Source of the DNA: a bacterium
GTDB lineage: Bacteria > Zhuqueibacterota > Zhuqueibacteria > Residuimicrobiales > Krinioviventaceae
Reading direction: 5' to 3'
DNA length: 64,000 nt
Assembly (NCBI GenBank): GCA_963674595.2
Contig: CAXXFV010000016.1
Coordinates: 64,001-128,000, forward strand
Made by a program: the position numbers and the translations under genes. Each line of letters opens with the position of its first letter. Positions within the stretch are counted from its first letter, which is position 1. This document shows positions 58,903 to 64,000 of this stretch, one piece after another. Below the pieces are notes generated by a model. That model was not told the origin of the DNA. It saw only the letters and a list, made by a program, of their open reading frames with translations, and ran no database searches.

Positions 58903-61263
58903 TTACAATTGCAGCAGCATTTTTATTGTTTTTGTGCTATGGTCTGTTCTCAAACGGCAAAAGTAAATGCCTGATGGCAATGTTTGGTCTGACGGACCTG
59001 TTGCGTTCCATTTAAAATGATAACTGCCCTGGTGAAAATTTTTATCCGCCAGGGTGCATATATGTTGTCCCAGTACATTAAATATTTCCAGATAAACATG
59101 GGAGGATCGTTCCAGAGAAAATTCTATTTTTGTCGAGCTGTTAAAAGGATTCGGGTAATTGTTGAATAATTTAAAATCCTTGATGAGCGGGATTGGTTTT
59201 TCTGTTACACCGGTCGTGTTTTCAAAACACAACAACCCGCTGCCTTGTGTGGCGGCGTATATTTTATCGGGATTTTCCGGATCAAACATGATTTTATTAA
59301 CGTATGCACAACCCTCCGGTAAGGCCGGTTCAAACAAACTCCATGTTTTTCCGGCGTTATGGCTGGAATAGATGTTTACACCGGCGGCGATCACATTGTT
59401 AGTGTCTGCCGGGTTAACAGTAACCGAAAAAATATGTTTATCAGCTAAAAGAGTATCATTTAATACATACCATGACTGTCCGGCATCACCTGATTTTAAC
59501 ATAGCAAAAGAGTTGGCGGTATATAGAGTATTTTCATTTAAAGGATTAAAATAAATTTCATCTAAATTCCAGATATTATTTTGTATGTTTTGGCATGTGT
59601 ACTGCCAGGTGTCACCCATGTTGTTCGACATGTATATGCCGTGAGGACTGTTGATGTTTTGGAACTCTGTACAAAGGTAAAGTGTAGAATAATTACTGTT
59701 TACCGTTAAATAGACGACGTTCATTGATATGTTTGAAAATGTCAGTTTTTGCCAATCACTGCCGATCCCCTGGCGTCGATAAAATCCGTTTGTCGTGCCT
59801 AAAAATAATGTTTCATCCGGCACCGGCAGCAGGCATATTGGAGTACCGAATTCTGATTCGAGGAAAATATCATTCTTAATTATGGCATTGTTTGCTTTTA
59901 TATGATAAATTTTTGCCATATAATCTTTGTAGGTGCCATGATAGCCTTCGAATGAAAGGCAGAACAGGTCCTGTGGTTGCGGACCGGCTTTTATATCAAA
60001 CACAACATTCATCCCGCTGTCAATATCAACGTCCCGCCACTCTGCATCCTTTTTTTTGGCATATAAACCGGCGCCGTCAGTACCCAGATACAACGTTGTT
60101 CCGTCATTATCGCTCATGTTCATGGCATTGTGCGATAAAGCCTTAAGGTTTTTAGACTTTTTTACCCATTTTTTGTTATCTCTGTCTTCAATGTAAATTC
60201 CGTCCTCTGTGCCGACATAAACAGATGGTTTTGTTGTCCCAAGCATGGACCGGACGCAGGTGTTGTCAAGACCGTTGTTTTGTGCGGTCCAGTTTACGCC
60301 GTTGTCTGTGGAAATGTATATACCGTTCCATGTTCCGATATACAGGGTATCATGAATGTTATCATTGTATAATGTACACACGGATTTTGGTAAAACTCTG
60401 TTCATCAGTACCTTTTCCCAGACCAGCCCGTGGTTGGTTGTTTTGTATAGACCGGTATCGCCGCCGACAAACAAAATCGTCGAGTCTGACTCGTCACAAT
60501 AGGTAAAATAAAAAGTATCGTCCGGAAGGTTGCCGGAAATTTCCTGCCAGCCGTCCCGCCCTCCGTCACGGGACATATAAATCCCATCCAGGGTACAAAT
60601 GTACAACCGGTCCGGATCGTGTGGAGAAGGCGTCAGGTGGACAATATCTCTGGACCCCAGCCCGGTATTCAATACATACCATGTTTCGCCGCCGTCGTCG
60701 GACCGGAAAAAGCCGTTATATGGTTGGACAGCTTTATATAGACCCATAAAAATAATGTCGGGTTTTTCCTGGTGAAAGCGAATAGCCGCTATAAATCCGT
60801 TTCCGATCATGGCCAGCGGACGCTCCCATGTCAGGCCCAGGTCCGTACTTTTGTACAGGCCGCTGGCTGTTCCGACCAGCAGACAGTTATGTTGATATTC
60901 AAGGCTGTGTATTGCCGCGCTGTAATAATAGGCCGGATCAATAATAATCTTTTCCCATGATTCTCCGGCATCCGTACTTTTGTACAATCCGCCCATCCCA
61001 TGTGCCCCGATGAAAATAGTATCCGATTGTGAAGAAACTGTCACCATCGACATGAAACTGCCGCCTTCAGGTCCGCAAAATCCCCAGCTTTTGCTGCCGT
61101 TGTTTTTTGACAGTCTCTCCGTTTTTTCAGATGGATGTGATGTGATTTTTGAAAAATTTGTTAAACCGGGATAAAACATGTCTCCGGCATAAAGAAGTGA
61201 TAAAGAAAACCAAATAAGATAAAACAATACCGAAATTTGAACTGTTTTTTTGAAAGGTGACAT
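58903..61263 (-). CDS. Secreted BNR/Asp-box (Vps10/YCF48-like) beta-propeller protein with FlgD-Ig/T9SS type-A-like C-terminal domain
   Basis: Many S.D.G.(S/T)W Asp boxes (YKSTDAGESW, STDLGLTW, SDDGGETW); C-terminal NYPNPFN...IFNVLGQ...SGIYFCRL...KMLL. Confidence 0.82.
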   Translation of the reverse strand: MSPFKKTVQISVLFYLIWFSLSLLYAGDMFYPGLTNFSKITSHPSEKTERLSKNNGSKSWGFCGPEGGSFMSMVTVSSQSDTIFIGAHGMGGLYKSTDAGESWEKIIIDPAYYYSAAIHSLEYQHNCLLVGTASGLYKSTDLGLTWERPLAMIGNGFIAAIRFHQEKPDIIFMGLYKAVQPYNGFFRSDDGGETWYVLNTGLGSRDIVHLTPSPHDPDRLYICTLDGIYMSRDGGRDGWQEISGNLPDDTFYFTYCDESDSTILFVGGDTGLYKTTNHGLVWEKVLMNRVLPKSVCTLYNDNIHDTLYIGTWNGIYISTDNGVNWTAQNNGLDNTCVRSMLGTTKPSVYVGTEDGIYIEDRDNKKWVKKSKNLKALSHNAMNMSDNDGTTLYLGTDGAGLYAKKKDAEWRDVDIDSGMNVVFDIKAGPQPQDLFCLSFEGYHGTYKDYMAKIYHIKANNAIIKNDIFLESEFGTPICLLPVPDETLFLGTTNGFYRRQGIGSDWQKLTFSNISMNVVYLTVNSNYSTLYLCTEFQNINSPHGIYMSNNMGDTWQYTCQNIQNNIWNLDEIYFNPLNENTLYTANSFAMLKSGDAGQSWYVLNDTLLADKHIFSVTVNPADTNNVIAAGVNIYSSHNAGKTWSLFEPALPEGCAYVNKIMFDPENPDKIYAATQGSGLLCFENTTGVTEKPIPLIKDFKLFNNYPNPFNSSTKIEFSLERSSHVYLEIFNVLGQHICTLADKNFHQGSYHFKWNATGPSDQTLPSGIYFCRLRTDHSTKTIKMLLQL

Positions 61264-61443
61264 TTTTTGCTCCAAAATTAAATGGCAAGTAAATAGTTAT
61301 CAACTTGATGTTGCTGAATTAACCAACAATCCCTTAATTTAATAGATTGGAAAAATTGCTTACTGTTATGGATTGTATTAATGAGCCACTTTGTTTTGTA
61401 ACAAATTTATAGGTGTCGTCTCCCAGTATGTTTCAAGTATATA

Positions 61444-61475
61444 TGGACTTTACAAATAAAAGTCCAATTTGTCAA
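61444..61475 (-). promoter_or_regulatory. Putative sigma70 promoter overlapped by a palindromic operator
   Basis: Minus strand TTGACA-N17-TAAAGT; perfect inverted repeat TGGACTTT-N7-AAAGTCCA at 61444-61466. Confidence 0.5.
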
Positions 61476-61676
61476 TATTTTAAATCCGTTTCTTTAATGA
61501 AAAATTTTTTTCTGAATAAATAGATAATTTTATGGAAATATTATTTCTTTCTGGTAAAAAGTTTCTATTTCTTATTGAATACATCTTGTACTCCGTGCCG
61601 TAATATGTTAAAAATATTCTTTTACCTGCCCATAGCGGATTATTTTTAGGTATATAGACGTTTTAGTACTAGTAAA

Positions 61677-61692
61677 TGGCATAATTGATGCA
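61677..61692 (+). promoter_or_regulatory. Putative sigma54 promoter
   Basis: TGGCATAATTGATGCA with GG/GC at canonical -24/-12 spacing, ~150 nt upstream of the 61845 ORF. Confidence 0.5.
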
Positions 61693-61844
61693 ATAGGCTG
61701 CCTGATAAATTAGATGCAAATTTTATTAAATCGTATGTTTTTACAAGTTGTTGTTTTTAATTAAACTAGTGGATGGGTTGTTTGATGACTTTAATGATGT
61801 CGGACACTTTTGTGGCATTCAGGAAACATCAAATATGTAATGCG

Positions 61845-64000
61845 ATGAAAAAATGTTTATTCCTTTTACTGTTTTTGGGGTCATTGGTTTATGCGGCTGA
61901 TCCGATTACTGTGGTGCAATATCCGTTAACAACACGACCGGCAGTTTTAAAAGCCGGCGAAACTTTGTCTGTTTTATGTAAAGCATCGGCTTCGGCTTCC
62001 GGCTGGACGGCACAGATTTCCACACCCTATAATTCGGTTTCACTGACTCCTGCTGCCGTTTATAATTCCGCTGCCGGAGTTTGGACTCTTTCTTCTGTTA
62101 TTCCGGCGGATACGCCCTTTGAATTGTATGATCTAAAGGTCACGGCTTCCGGCGGGATTTCCGACGATGTGGTCCACGCTGTTAAGATATTATCCGAATA
62201 TCGTGATACTTATTATTTCGCACATGTTGCCGACCTGCACATGCCTTCTGTGGCCTGGCAGGGCTATATTGATTATGAAGATAAAAATTCTGCTGCGGAA
62301 TTTATTCAGATTCTTCAGGAATTGTCCGTTATTAATCCTGAATTTGTGTTACAAACAGGGGACATTGTTGATAATGGTCTTCAGGAAGATCAGTTTAAGG
62401 TATGTCAGGAAATTTTTAATGACGCTAAAGTGCCAATTTTCGCCACAGCAGGAAACCACGATGTGTGGCACGACGGGCACACTTATTGGAACCGGTACTT
62501 TAACCCGGTTATGAATTACAGTTTTAATTACGGTGAACACCATTTTAGCGGAATGGAAATGTATCTGGTGCCGACGGTGACGTTTACGGCCCAGCAGATG
62601 CAGTGGCTTCAGGATGATCTGTATCAGTCCATTCAGCGAAACGATAAAATGCGAATGCTTTTTTATCATTATGATGAATCCGAGCAGATTAATGGTGATT
62701 TTTGTAATGATTTTGAGGTTGACCTGACGGTTTTTGGCCATACCCACGAGAATGCAGTGTTTACAAACGGCAGTCGTCCGACTATTCATTTGAACACCGC
62801 TGCAACGATGAATGATCAGGGTAATTATCGTATTATCAAAGTATCCAATGATCGTGTTCAGCAATATCCGTTAATGAAGTTTAAAAAATTAACAACAACC
62901 TTTTTATCGGCCAATGACGGTTCCAACTGGACCAATAAAGCGACGATTGTAAATAATAATAATGTGTCTTTTGAAAACGGCCTGATCAAATTTTTAATGC
63001 AAAAACAATCGGCCGGTTATAATGTAACCGGCGGAACTGTGGAACAGGTTATTCATGCATCAGACATGGATGTATATTATGTATCCGTAAATATCCGTGC
63101 AAATTCAACACAGAATGTTGAAATTGTCAGCGTGACGCCGTTGTCCAATCATCCGCCTCAAATTACGGATTACTCTCCTGATGAAAACCCAACCGTCTAT
63201 GCCGGTGAAGCCTTTTCGTTTCGAATTACGGCAACTGACCCGGATAATGATGCCATGCAATATGAATGGTTTCAGGATGATGTGCTCATTTCAGGCAGTA
63301 CAAACGCTGTTTTAAATTTTACAGCAGATGTTGATTTCAGAGGTGAGACCGTTATTCGGGGACGCGTTTCTGATGGCGAATATTATGCGGAACATCAATG
63401 GATAGCTGATGTGCAAAAACCCAGCGATGGTCCCGAGGTAAAAATAACCAGTTATAATTTCTTTTTGCAAAATGAACCGATGACCATAGAGTGGACAGAG
63501 CCAAAGCCGATTAATGCGTATCTGGAATTTGGTCTTACGCCTGGTGAATATACAGGCAAAGTTTATGAAACCAGTGATGGACAGGCGACTTTTACTCCGG
63601 AACTGGTCGGTATGGAAATCGGCGTAAATTACTGCCGAATATCCGATGGTGCTGTTTCCAGTGATGTGTTTTCTGTTATTATCGAAAGTCCGCAGGCCCC
63701 GGAAATGCTGACGCCAATTGGTGATGTTCAAACATTAACGCCTATTTTTAGTTGGGGACAGGTTCCCGGTGTTCCCTATTATGTTGTTATTTGTTCCGAC
63801 GAAGAAATTATAATTTCCACTGATCCGGTTACGGGAGAATATTCTGTTGAAGGTGCCAATGCCATTTGGGCGACTATCACCTATGAAAACAGCGTCAGTT
63901 ACGGTACCAAAGACCCAAGCGGTACGTTTACGAATGCTCCGGCGCCTATGGCTCCGGGACAAAGTTATTGGTGGGTTGTTTTAAATTGTTACGGTGACAG
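61845..64000 (+). CDS. Large secreted multidomain protein: calcineurin-like metallophosphoesterase + Ig/FN3-like domains (3' end beyond the window; absent from the ORF track)
   Basis: Translated by hand: MKKCLFLLLFLGSLVYA signal; ADLH, TGDIVD, GNHD, YH, FGHTH; then NHPPQI...ATDPDND..Y.W Ig domain; frame open to 64000. Confidence 0.85.
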   Translation, partial: MKKCLFLLLFLGSLVYAADPITVVQYPLTTRPAVLKAGETLSVLCKASASASGWTAQISTPYNSVSLTPAAVYNSAAGVWTLSSVIPADTPFELYDLKVTASGGISDDVVHAVKILSEYRDTYYFAHVADLHMPSVAWQGYIDYEDKNSAAEFIQILQELSVINPEFVLQTGDIVDNGLQEDQFKVCQEIFNDAKVPIFATAGNHDVWHDGHTYWNRYFNPVMNYSFNYGEHHFSGMEMYLVPTVTFTAQQMQWLQDDLYQSIQRNDKMRMLFYHYDESEQINGDFCNDFEVDLTVFGHTHENAVFTNGSRPTIHLNTAATMNDQGNYRIIKVSNDRVQQYPLMKFKKLTTTFLSANDGSNWTNKATIVNNNNVSFENGLIKFLMQKQSAGYNVTGGTVEQVIHASDMDVYYVSVNIRANSTQNVEIVSVTPLSNHPPQITDYSPDENPTVYAGEAFSFRITATDPDNDAMQYEWFQDDVLISGSTNAVLNFTADVDFRGETVIRGRVSDGEYYAEHQWIADVQKPSDGPEVKITSYNFFLQNEPMTIEWTEPKPINAYLEFGLTPGEYTGKVYETSDGQATFTPELVGMEIGVNYCRISDGAVSSDVFSVIIESPQAPEMLTPIGDVQTLTPIFSWGQVPGVPYYVVICSDEEIIISTDPVTGEYSVEGANAIWATITYENSVSYGTKDPSGTFTNAPAPMAPGQSYWWVVLNCYGD

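Noticed and set aside
1-64000. Many 60-170 aa ORFs overlapping larger genes (e.g. 8830-9297, 50431-50889, 62349-62864, 63312-63731)
   Set aside because: Antisense or off-frame shadows of well-supported genes with no recognisable motifs.
1-64000. tRNA/rRNA, IS elements, prophage or defence systems
   Set aside because: No cloverleaf, rRNA-like, transposase, integrase, phage or defence motifs recognised by eye.

Overview
64 kb of a low-to-moderate-GC (~40% by eye) diderm bacterial chromosome, most likely FCB superphylum (KSB1/Calditrichota-like). This is inferred from the FCB-type LysS insert, the PorV/UPF0164-family barrel and the FlgD-Ig/T9SS-like C-terminal domains. The window holds a housekeeping block (alr, lysS, lolC/E x2, lolD, clpC, gltBD, uvrA), an orphan sigma54 response regulator, and a sulfate ABC operon (sbp-cysT-cysW-cysA) followed by a DUF2490-like barrel. 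Next come a giant DUF11-repeat surface protein coupled to a PorV-like barrel-CARDB-OmpA-OmpA fusion, and a run of secreted/Tat hydrolases (GxGYxYP, metallophosphoesterase, DUF1080, sulfatase, GH26, GDPD). The last part has pepD, an sqr-DUF1641-tusE-dsrE sulfur cluster, a MacAB/YknXZ-like exporter lacking an ATPase, a secreted beta-propeller and a large secreted metallophosphoesterase that runs off the window end and is missing from the ORF track. No RNA genes, CRISPR arrays or mobile elements were seen. Several frameshifts, densest at 38.58-39.95 kb, look like sequencing indels. Best leads: (1) the cargo + PorV/OmpA cognate pair as a possible minimal T9SS-related display/anchoring module, with very dense D-S/T glycosylation sequons; (2) an unrecognised ~270-nt structured gltB leader with a terminator and competing pairings; (3) the SQR-linked sulfur relay cluster. 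All family assignments come from motif recognition by eye; no database search was run.
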